From NCBI RefSeq assembly GCF_006345805.1, contig NC_042997.1, positions 189,720,001 to 189,784,000 on the forward strand: a stretch of DNA of 64,000 nt, read 5' to 3'. Source of the stretch: Octopus sinensis. Its lineage: Eukaryota. This document shows, in pieces, positions 52,757 through 64,000 of the stretch (position 1 is the stretch's first letter; each line of letters opens with the position of its first letter). The translations under genes were made by a program, and so were the position numbers. The notes under the pieces are model-generated. The model searched no databases. It saw nothing but the letters and a program-made list of their open reading frames with translations, and was not told where the DNA came from.

Positions 52757-52815
52757 TGTGTGTGTATATGTTTGTGTGGAGTGTTTACGTCCCCGTCACT
52801 TAGCGGTTCGGCAAG
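52448..52815 (+). mobile_element. SINE family A, 3'-truncated
   Basis: Head and CORE-like block intact; ends at tagcggttcggcaa. Confidence 0.9.
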
Positions 52816-52829
52816 ATCGATATTAAATG

Positions 52830-52878
<49 letters not shown>

Positions 52879-52944
52879 TACTACTACTACTACTACTGCT
52901 ACTACTACACATTCTTCTTATTATTATTTTCATTATTATTATTA

Positions 52945-53430
52945 TTGAGTGAGAGAGCAGTGCATGCCATCAAAGTGACACTGGGGTAAAATATACGAAG
53001 CTCAGTATACCCATCATGACTACCCGTCTGATAAGGGTACACTAGGCACATGGATCACAGGCATATGTGCATGATATGGTGATCTCATATCAACATAAAC
53101 AGAACATGACCTTGCAGGTGGGGCCTAGTTAGAATATTATCTTCTGGTTGAGTAACCCATCCCGCTCAAAAGGTCCCTGAATAAGGGTTGTTTAAGGATG
53201 TTGAACGAAACACCCATGTTTCCAGAGGTGAATTATTCAAACTCCAAAGAATCCATCTCAACACATGGCTATGATGCTCCCCCACTACTTCTGCTTGTGA
53301 TCAGAGATGCACATATCGTTAGCCACTAAGGGACATGATCAACTGGTTAAGGTCAAACAACTGACAAGCAAATCTGTGGTATTGAGCAGAATATTTGCTG
53401 TAGCCCATCTTTTATACCAAGACGCTTTTA
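52945..53430. mobile_element. ~490-bp non-coding insertion between (ATT)n tracts
   Basis: GC-richer block flanked on both sides by (ATT)n (52920-52945 and 53440-53725); no ORF. The mobile-element call is inference. Confidence 0.5.
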
Positions 53431-53447
53431 TACCACTACATTATTAA

Positions 53448-53519
<72 letters not shown>

Positions 53520-53521
53520 TA

Positions 53522-53579
<58 letters not shown>

Positions 53580-53596
53580 CATTATTATCATTATTA

Positions 53597-53633
<37 letters not shown>

Positions 53634-53653
53634 TATTATTATTATCATTATTA

Positions 53654-53709
<56 letters not shown>

Positions 53710-54824
53710 GTTATTATTATTATTTCCCAATCATCATCATTTTGAGGCAATTATTGAACCATTTAATCAGGAACAAATGAAACATAGGTTAATGAATTCA
53801 AAATGCTTTAGAAACCAAACTTTACCAACTATCATCATTATCATAATCATTTAGTGAATAATTGTTGAACCATTAGATCGGGAAGAACTCTAATGAATTT
53901 AGAGTTAATGAAAAATAGATTTTTAAAAAAATAGCAAACTATATCATACAAATTAAATCAGGGATGAGTTTTCTCAATTTAATCATATTGAATAAATGAA
54001 ATATTTGAAGCATTAAGTAGTCAAAACATGGAAATAGTGTAACAAATTGTGGACCGAATTTAAAATTTTAAGGTTAAAGTATATCAGTGTTAAACAGGGA
54101 AAATTAAAATCAAAAATTTTAATTTAAATGTAATCTTTTTAAATAAAAAAAATGAAAATACAACTCAATATTCTGCGTGATAGTTATGATAGAAACACAT
54201 TTTAAAGTCAGTTATCAATAATTGTTTCTGATTTAGGAACACAGCTAACAATTTTCAAGGAAGTGGGCAAAGTGAAACCATAGTACCAGAATTTAACTGG
54301 TATTTTATTTTATCGATTACTAAAGAGAAAGATAAGGTTAAATTCGGTGAGTTTTGGACTGAGAATGTAAAGTGCTAAGCATTTTTTCCAACGCTCTAAC
54401 GGTTCTATCGTTTCGCCATTTTAAACCACTTAATAATGATAGCGAGAACAGAAGTTTGTACATAAGGGGATATATGAAGTAGAGAAGAGGAAGAAAAACA
54501 ACACTAACACCGTCAATTAAGTCGATACATTAGTGAATTATTAGACCAGTGTAACAGAGTCAGAAGAAATTGTAATACGGATTTGAATTTCTCAATAGAT
54601 ATTTAAGGTAGTGTTAAAATGGAAGAAAACAAGTATATACGATGATATTGAAAGTAATAGTAACACTGTTAACAATAACAAGTTACAGGTTGTGGAAGTC
54701 TGTAAGAAGGCATACTATCCTAGTGTATCAACGCTCAGTGCTACACCCAATGATTTAACATTCAGTGGCCATTTAAAAACAAGTCTATCTATCTATCTAT
54801 ATATCTTTATTTATTATTTTTTTT

Positions 54825-55168
54825 TTTTGTTCTTTTCTTCTCTTGATCGAAAACCCACGCCCCCCTTTTTTTATTTTGTTTTTTGTTTTTTTCATCCCCC
54901 AAAAGAAAAGCTCTACCTTGTAACTTGTCCCATCTGTGTGCAGCCCTGTGTGGCCAATAAAGAAACTTATCTATCTATCTATCTATCAATCTATCTATCT
55001 ATCTATTTTTTTTTGTTCTTTTCTTCCCTTTTACGATCCCTCTTGATCGAAAACCTACGCCACCCCTTTTTTTTCTTTTGTTTTTTGTTTTCTTCATCCC
55101 CCAAAAGAAAAGCTCTACCTTGTAACTTGTCCCATCTGTGTGCAGCCCTGTGTGGCCAATAAAGAAAC

Positions 55169-55195
<27 letters not shown>
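54825..55195 (+). repeat. Tandem dimer of a ~150-190-bp unit, each ending aataaagaaact + (ATCT)n
   Basis: Near-identical copies at 54825-54975 and 55010-55175. Confidence 0.85.
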
Positions 55196-55200
<5 letters not shown>

Positions 55201-57326
55201 GTATCTGTCTGTCTATCCATCCATCCTTTCCTCCATCCACCCATCTGTCTGTCTGTCTATTTTCTATGAATATGTATATGCGTGCATATACATATTCATA
55301 GTCTTGCTCAGATGTGTGGAGGAGGTAGGAGGAAGCTGGCATGCGCAGACTGGTGCTACTATAGTAACCAGTCTGCTTTATGTAGTTCCGTATCGTTCTT
55401 AATGGCTGGTCTCAAATTGTTGATAAAAAAGGCCTTCACGATTCTGAAACCACTCCTGTTGTTTTGCTATAATGCTGTAGACTAAGTATCTTTAATAACA
55501 TTGAACTGAAATGAATAATAATGATAATCTTACATGTGCTAACCATAATTACATTTATTCCTTTTTATCTGTGTGCAACAAATGGAAGTTAACTGAAGTT
55601 AATCAGTAATATATACTGGAACCTACCTCTGAACTGAAATCAAATGTAACGAAAAATACACCAGGAGACAGCTTGACTTGACTATTTGTATTGTGAGTGT
55701 TCTGCAAAACATATATTGTGACTTGCTAAAATCAAATACTACAAAGAAATAGAAATCTATCAGTAAAAGTGGCATTAAAGGTGTTATTAGCAGTTCCTCA
55801 TAACGATCGAATCTTTAATATATGATTACGAAATTTAAGGTTTTATTGAGATAAATAATAGAAAGAAAAAAGAAACATTGTTAATAAAACTTGAAGAAAT
55901 TGTTAAGCATTTTTAAAATAACGTTTAAAATTATGACGAGAGAAAATATTATGAGCGATCATGCATATCATAATCTCCTACTTACTCAAAATCCAAGGCT
56001 TTTACAGAAAGGCGATGGACAGAAAAGCATAGAGACACATCCACACGTACATACCCACCAATATACACACATATAGGCACATTAACACGTACATACTCAT
56101 CAATATATATACACACATTCATGCTGAGGCAGATATAAACGTAAACAAACAATTTTTTTTTTAATCGATGATTAGATTCACAAATCGTCAACGCAATTTA
56201 TTTGTCACTTGTGATATTCCTAACTTTTAAAGACATTTTATTAAAAGCATTACTTATTAAGTATTGTATTCTACTTTTGATAATTCACAATTTCTTCAAA
56301 TATTAATTTTCGAATATCAATTTTCAAAAGTAAACGTCAACGTTTCAGAGCTGTATAATCCGATAATTAGCATGTCTAGCTCAGAGAAGGAGTGCTTGTG
56401 ATTGGATAAACACTGTATATTTTATGTGTTACTTTTGCAAATAGAGAAAAAAAAACCAACAACAAAAAGATGATGTGATTGACAAATGAAAGTTAAAGGG
56501 AAATATTTAGTGAGCTTTTATGCATTGATTGTCAAAATTCGCTTTTATATTTCAGGCAGCGCCATAATTACGTGACGGCCTGTGTCTGCATTATTGTATG
56601 ATGATACTTATATGATTACATTGTTTCTAACATTTTAAAAAATTTAGCGATGTAGGTGATTTGTTATATGTTTTAATTTTCACGTGTATGCAACGGTTTT
56701 CTTTTCCGTATACGTAAATTGTGAGTCTGAAGATAAGACACATATCGGATGGCTTCTACGAAGACTACGTCAGAAAAATTTGAAACTGAAAACGATGCGT
56801 TTACATTGATCGTGTCAGCAGTTTTTGTTTTAAAACTTAATTCTATGTCAGAAATTAGCATTAGGAAGATTATAGATGCCAGTTTAAGTGAGGAAAAAAA
56901 AATTCAAATTTGCAAAAACCAAAGTGTGTTTTGGAATATTCTTCTTTAATAATGAATATTGATTTCCATCGTTAAGTATATTGATTTCTTATGATTAATA
57001 TTTAATAAATTATCAACAAATTACGGCAAAAGCTGTAAAGTTACACTCTCAGTAAGCTGGGATGATCGAATTTTGTTTCCTGTTTATAGTTGTTTCAATA
57101 TTCTAATGTAGCTAATGTCATCGAGAATGGCATGAGAATCATCTGCTTATTTGCTCTTCTTGACGAATAAGGAGCGTGTCTGATCTAAGTTATAAATTTT
57201 GCTAATGAAAATGCGCGTGTTTATTACTATTATTTAGTGATTCATGACATTCAGCTAAAAACGAACGAAGAAGCAAATCACATAAATTAATTTTTTTCTA
57301 GCATAAATAATTTTTCTCTCTCCCTC

Positions 57327-57385
<59 letters not shown>

Positions 57386-57409
57386 TCTCTGTATATATAT
57401 ATATATATA

Positions 57410-57620
57410 TATGGTAGATGATAGATCGGTAGTCACTACATACATTTTTTTCTCTCCTTGTTTCCCTCCTTGTTTCTTTCTGCCTTCCTTTCAGTGGAAG
57501 AGCGTAGGCTCGAAACGTTAAAGACTTTTTCAATTCCCGAGCGTTATACTAATACATCTTTTGTTTTCTACACTACCTGTCTTCATCTTTTGTTTTTTTT
57601 CGTGAATTCTCCCTGTAAAT
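57410..57620 (+). mobile_element. Dispersed repeat with Penelope-terminus-like motif (copy 2)
   Basis: Reverse complement of 4815-5020. Confidence 0.55.
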
Positions 57621-57669
57621 ATATATATATAGATGTAAATATACATACAAATAGTACATATACATCTAA

Positions 57670-58250
57670 TGACGTGCCGAGAGTGATAAAAATAAAACAT
57701 CCAGTCAACATCATGGTGTTTGGAGTGATCACTAGTGATGGCGGCGTTATGCCCCCATTCCTCTTCCCACACAGCCTCATGTTCAATACAGAGGCCTACA
57801 TCAAGTGTCTGGAGGAGGTAGTGCTGCCCTGAGTCAAGAGAGTGGCTGCTGGAGGAAACTATGTCTGACAATGGGACGCTGCACCATGCCACACAAGCAT
57901 GAATGCCCAGTCATGGCTGTCAGACAATTTGTGCGACCATATCACACCTAATGTCTGGTTACCCAACTCCCCAGACTGCAACCGCGTTGATAATTATGTG
58001 TGGGGCACAGTTGAGCGAGAGACAACAAAACTCCTTGTAACACCAAAGATGAACTGAAGGCAACGATTATGGCAGCATTCACCAAATTAAACAAGGAAAC
58101 CGCCCAGAAGAGTTGCAGGATATTCCGAATTCATCTGGAGTCCGTAGTTGAAGCCAATGGCAATTTTATTGAATAAATTAACTCTAGTATTTCAAGATAT
58201 TTTTATGTAATTTTGGTAAATATATTTGTTAAAATGAGATGTCAGAGTTA
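57670..58250 (+). mobile_element. Tc1/mariner maT-family (DD37D) transposase 3' fragment, pseudogenised
   Basis: IMVFGVITSDG, YIKCLEEVVLP*, WDAAPCHTS...WLPNSPDCNRVDNYVWG; 37 residues between the second and third catalytic D. Confidence 0.85.
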
Positions 58251-58254
58251 TTTT

Positions 58255-58878
58255 CATTTTTGCTGGGTCTCCAAGGTTGGTTCCTCTATATGCCTCTTAT
58301 CGAGCAAGCTATCACTGTTCCTTACCTGCGTTTTATTAGGGATTTCACCTATTTTTTCTGCTATGAGATTACTTTTATTAGTAGGAACTGTATTTTCATC
58401 GTTCCCTCTGCTGCTGTTTTCCATTACCAGTCTTTTGATAGCTTCAAGCTCTACTTTTCTTATTGCTCTATCTTGATCACATAATCTCTCTTCCGTGAGT
58501 TGAAACAATCCGCCTTCTCTCCATTGATCATACATACGTTGTTGGTATCCCCTAGTACGAGCACCATTTTCGTCTACGGGGACGCTCAGGTAGAAACGCT
58601 CCATGAGTACAGCATTGATTTGTTTTCTCCATCCACGCCGTGTTTATTGGTTCCTTTCTGGATAACAACAGGCTAGAGTCGGACCAGTATCTCTGAGCCT
58701 GCCGGGTGTAACACTGTCACCCCCAAAGGCGTCAGTTTCATTACCACCTTTATTCCCAATATTTTGGTTTTTCATTGTCACTCATATGCGGTAGTGATTA
58801 TCAGGTTGCGCAATTACCAGTGTTTGTGACACTATCACTAGATGTATCATCAATCAGAGCATAGGGAGATTCCAACCG
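58255..58878 (-). mobile_element. 5' part of an R4/Dong-type element starting at (TAA)n
   Basis: MERFYLSVP...RGYQQRMYDQW.E.G.F.LTEERLCDQ.RAIRK...ELEAIKR, typical R4 N-terminal region; the 5' end abuts (ATT)n at 58879-58960. Confidence 0.8.
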
Positions 58879-58886
58879 CTTCCTTC

Positions 58887-58949
<63 letters not shown>

Positions 58950-60410
58950 TATTATTATTATCATCATCATCACTGATATTACTATTTTCATTTTTTACTA
59001 CTGCTTGTCGTTTTCAATATTTCCTCTCATCCGTCATGAGTTTTGGTTAAATTATTATTATTATCATTATTACCACCATCACCATTATCACCATCATCAT
59101 TAGTATTTCCATTTATTATTAAAAGGTATTAGTGAACGTTGTTTAGTTTCAACTTATGCCTTGTACTTGCGATGATCATAAATATGTGTGTTTAAGGGAA
59201 TAGTCGGAACAAGATAGACAGCTCGGTGAATAGATTAAATTCCACAGGTCTGTAAGTAGATTCGGCAGATGGTGGAGAGATCAGCAGTTGACATTCCTGT
59301 GGGATAAGGAAACAAAAGCGGCCTCACACCCTTGGGGTCAGCAGAGATCAATAAGAGCGTCAATACTATCTATCAATAAGAGCGCTGACCACGGCCTTGA
59401 AAAGAACCAAGTCACCTTGTTCTATTTTTAATTACTGATAGAAAAAATGCTTATATGTATATACTGACTTTCACCTTGTTGAATTTTTGAATTCCTGAAT
59501 TTTCTTTTCTTTGAAATTTTCCTTTTCGTTTTATAAGTTTTGTTGTGATTTACAGTTTTTGCAATTGTGCAGTTTGTATATATTGGTAGGTGTTTACATC
59601 CTTGATTTTTTGTTTTATTCTGGTGCATTTAATTGTGTTGTTACAATAAAAGGCATGTTTACATATTCGGGTAGTCAGGGAAAGAAGAAAGATAAAATTT
59701 TTACATAAAATTGTAGATGTTAAACTTTGTAAATTTCTTTTGAGATATTCGTTGGTATGTCCACTAAGAGAAGACTGTGGTGTTTTTGCAATAAAAAGTA
59801 TATTTACATTTTCAGATACTCGGGGGGTGGGGAGTAAAGAAAAGGCGGCTATAATTCTCACATTAACTTGTCGATACTAAAGTTTTAAAATTTACTAAAG
59901 ATGATCTTTTGTATATCATAACAGAGAAAACTATAGTGTTCTTAGAATAAAGAGGATGTTTACATTTTCAAATATTCAGGGAGAAAGGAAAGGATAGGTA
60001 TTCACAGAAGTTGTAGATATTAAAGTTTTTAAAGCTGATCGTTTATGTGTTCGAAAACTGCAGATATGTAAGTTTCTTAACTTATTTTGAGGGAAATTTA
60101 AAATACTCACAGGAAATTGTAGATATTCCAGTCTTTGAGAGTTATTTTTCAGTTTTCCTGCTGGGTTGCATTAGTGTTTCTCTGTCTTCAGCTGCAGAAC
60201 ACATCGGACATGTTTTCGAACGTTCAAGGTAAGTCCAGTTCAAAATATTTATTTACACCAGGATTGGTGTCCTTTATCAATAATTATTTTATTCCAAGTT
60301 GGAAATAGAAACACCAGGAGCCAATTAATCTTGTTTTATGTTTGTGTAACCCCCCACCCAGAGGGGCGATTTTCGGCCCACCAAATAACTTCGGTGGGCG
60401 TTAAAATTTA

Positions 60411-60658
60411 ATGGAATACATACAACTCAAGAAGATGGCAGAGCGCGTCTTGAAAAAGTTGAGGAAAAACAAAACAAATCCTCCTACCAATATGGTATTA
60501 GATGAAGACTTCCTTCCCCTTCCCTCTATCACGGACAACAATACACGGGATGGGGAGGAAGAGAACAATAAGACCATCATCTACAAAGTACAACGAACAG
60601 TAACAACAATAGTAGCAGAAACACTAACAGCAGTAGAAATGACAACAGCAGCAGCCGC

Positions 60659-60697
<39 letters not shown>

Positions 60698-60935
60698 TAG
60701 TAGTAGTAGTAGTAATAAGAGCAACAACAACCACGAAAAAGAAAACAACAGCAGTGGCAGTAGCGATAGCAACAACAATAACAACAACAACGAGAGCAGA
60801 AGTGACAACAGCAACAACAACAAAACCAATACCAACAGCATCGATAAGAACGACTACAACAACGGCAACAGCAACAGTGACAACAACAAAAACAACAACG
60901 AAAACAATACAAATAAAAACATCAAAAATAGTTTT

Positions 60936-61004
<69 letters not shown>

Positions 61005-62100
61005 AAAATCAAACACCGATATACCGTAGACCTCACAAATAAGGAGCAGATGCTCCCAAAAGCATGGAAACTAATTAAACAAGAGAAAAATTGGGCAAAT
61101 CTGACACTCCCATCAGAGGCAGTTGAAGCAGTGGAGAGAAGAACGGTGCATTTCAGATGCATCTCAGCAGACACGAAAATATCGGCTTTGATAGCCTAAG
61201 TAGATATTAAAGCGATGCTGAGGTGCATAAGAAATGACATCGAATACATAGCGAGGGGCAAACACAGTATGGCACAATTTTGGTGCTGTTTAAATCAGAA
61301 GCCCTCACTATGAAACATTCAATGACCCTCTACAAAACCAGCAAAGTCATCATGTACCTCTCCCACACGGGGGAAACGTACAGCCTGTGTCCACATTCCC
61401 CAAATCCCCCCACCAGGAGTAGATATATGGTGGCTTCTGGGATGCATAATCGTGGATGGGACGGATACTGTTCCTATAGAGGCGATAAGAATTGCCAGGG
61501 AGGACTAGTCAGGGTTTGACTTGGAGATACTTCTCCAGATCAGATCCGAAAACATAAAAAATTCCCGGAACACATCCGTCTCCAGAACGGGATAGTGATA
61601 CATATAGGGACTGAGGGCAAAGGGCCTCATTGTTTAAAGTGTGGAGAAACGACTCATTTGCCTGTTCGTTGCTCCCACGGCCTCCACTGCTGCCTACGCC
61701 GGGACGAGTATCACAAGCATCACCAGTACCGGCAAAACCTCCAGCAACAACACCAAAAACATTAACCACCCTAGGGGGAAACAAGGAAAGCTCTCCCGCT
61801 CCATCCCGCCAAACAAAAAATACACACATAAACCAGATTATAAACATACACACAGACACAGAAACACAACAACATACCTTTCACATTCCAGTAGTGAAGA
61901 TGAAGGAAAACCGAAAGGTATGAAAAAAAACAAGACACAAAGCACAAAAGAAAAACTCCACAAAGCATAAAAACACCCAGAATAAAAAATACAGACACCA
62001 GCCACACAAACGTCTCCCCCAAAACACCAACACAAACACAACCAGTACAATCACTATCACCAGAACTCCCGAACGCAAACAACCTAAACAAGAACGTACA
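60411..62100 (+). pseudogene. Degenerate gag-like ORF1 of a Tx1/L1-type LINE with CCHC zinc knuckle
   Basis: Zinc knuckle CLKCGETTHLPVRC (61631-61672) preceded by EGKGPH; A/C-rich coding strand; (GTA)n, (AAC)n and (GCA)n expansions; stops and frameshifts after 61199; no ORF2 seen. Confidence 0.6.
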
Positions 62101-63131
62101 AACATCTAAAACTGCAGCACCACACTCACAGTATACAAAGACACCACAGAAATAAGAACAACAAGACCATTATCACTACAGTCAAGCAAACAAATTAAAC
62201 AATACCAACACAAAACACCCAACTTCGTGCTCATCAGAAAGGACAACGAGGAACTGATAGCACTCGTAACACAAAACACGGAATTTGAAACGGGGGTGGG
62301 TGTGATCTTCGAATTGGACACCTTTCGTATTCCAGAAGATTTACTTCTTGTGTACCAGAAGATTTACTTTCGTGTACCAGAAGATTTACTTTTTGAGCGT
62401 CTGAGCGATACACTCTAATTTATGTTATGAGATGCTAGAGCTGCCACCAAAACTACATAGGGTCCACGGGATTATCGCTCAGACGCAGATGCACTCTGCA
62501 CCGACAGCAGATTGCATTCCCAGACATCAGAATAATACCCTTTAGTGAGCACATTGAGAAATGCGCAAAGCAACTGCTACCACAATTTGTGATCTTTTCA
62601 TTTTATCAATGTGCCATTGGATCATTAACACAAGTTGGATTAAATAAGGAAATCTTCTTCATTGAAAAATATAGGCCAAAAGTTAACCATTTCAAGCAAT
62701 TTTAAATAAGGACACTTATCTCATTGGGAAAAAATATAAAGCAAACTTAACCACTTCTAACATTCTATTCTTTCTAAACGAAATCATGTTAAATTAATAA
62801 AACCTAGTCATTCCGAACATTTTTTATTATTTCCCTTATACCGAAAAAATCCCTGACTACCTGCCCTTTTCTGGAACTCTCATACTTCATTTCATAGCGA
62901 AGAGATGACACAGTATCGGTTAAGAAATTTGAGAAATTTGAAAAGAAAATACGAAACCGGTTATTTCTCCCAAAACAATGTTACTTTACAGAAAATTTTA
63001 TAACATTTTCCTAGCATAACGATTTAAGTTTATCTTTCAACCATATAACACAGGTATACTGTAGTTTTTTCACTTTATTTTGTCTTTTATACATCCAACC
63101 ACCTGCTTTCACATACCAACTCTCCCACCTA

Positions 63132-63163
<32 letters not shown>

Positions 63164-63379
63164 AGGCACAGGAGTGGCTGTGTGGTAAGTAGCTTGCTTA
63201 CCAACCACATGGTTCCGGGTTCAGTCCCACTGCATGCCACCTTGGGCAAGTGTCATCTACTATAGCCTCGGGCCGACCAAAGCCTTGTGAGTGGTTTTGG
63301 TAGACGGAAACTGAAAGAATCCTGTTGTATATATGTATTTATATGTATATATATATATTTGTATATATATATATATATG

Positions 63380-63429
<50 letters not shown>

Positions 63430-63665
63430 GTGTGTGTGTGTGTGTGCGTGTGTGTTTATGTGTTTGTGTTTGTCCCCCCCCCAACATCGCTGTTGTCCCC
63501 CCAACCGATGCTGGTGTGTTTACGTTCCCGTAACTTAGCGGTTCGGCAAAAGAGACTGATAGAATAAGTACTAGGCTTACAAAGAATTAGTCCTGGGGGT
63601 CGATTTGGTCGACCAAAGGTGGTGCTCCAGCATGGCCGCAGTCAAATGACTGAAACAAGTAAAAG
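63164..63665 (+). mobile_element. SINE family A, full length
   Basis: Same blocks as 12621. Confidence 0.92.
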
Positions 63666-63807
63666 TATATATATATATATAATATATATATGAATATATA
63701 CATGTATATATATATATATATGAATATATATATGTATATATATGAATATATATATGTATAATATATATGCATGTATATATGTATATACATACATTTTTAC
63801 ATATGTA

Positions 63808-63853
<46 letters not shown>

Positions 63854-64000
63854 GTGTGTATGTGATCCACAGTCAACATAAATATACATGCTTCCAATAT
63901 AAACATGGTAACCTAGTTTCCTTTAACAAAAAAACATAACAGCTGCACACAATAATGAACGTGTCTTTTACAACACCTTCTCTAAGTAACGAACGCAATA

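Noticed and set aside
57490-57530. Hammerhead in the gaagagc-gtag-gctcgaaac motif (also 4915-4950, minus strand)
   Set aside because: Helix II and GAAAC are present, but the CUGANGA core is altered in both copies and helices I and III do not close.

Overview
AT-rich, microsatellite-dense animal genomic DNA. The SINE repertoire looks like octopus (inference from remembered families, not checked). I found no host protein-coding exon, and nearly all short ORFs in the track are microsatellite or SINE translations. The window is a mosaic of mobile elements: a full-length RTE-clade LINE (17714-21634) with a single 1-bp frameshift at its FADD motif, inserted in a pogo-like MITE; three tRNA-derived SINE families; several R4/Dong-type fragments tied to (TACA)n and (AAT)n repeats; a Helitron; a Buster-type hAT element with a perfect 8-bp TSD; maT (DD37D), CR1 and Tx1/L1-like ORF1 relics. 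The main finding is a three-unit tandem array with an exact 528-bp period (49911-51455). Each unit carries a complete type I hammerhead ribozyme fold with a palindromic helix III, i.e. a retrozyme-like or Penelope pLTR-like system predicted to release a 528-nt self-cleaved RNA that could circularise. A second intact hammerhead lies at 10307-10394, and several decayed ones are scattered across the window. The RTE 5' end and a non-autonomous bipartite element share a structured leader (compensatory hairpin plus H-type pseudoknot) that may be another ribozyme.
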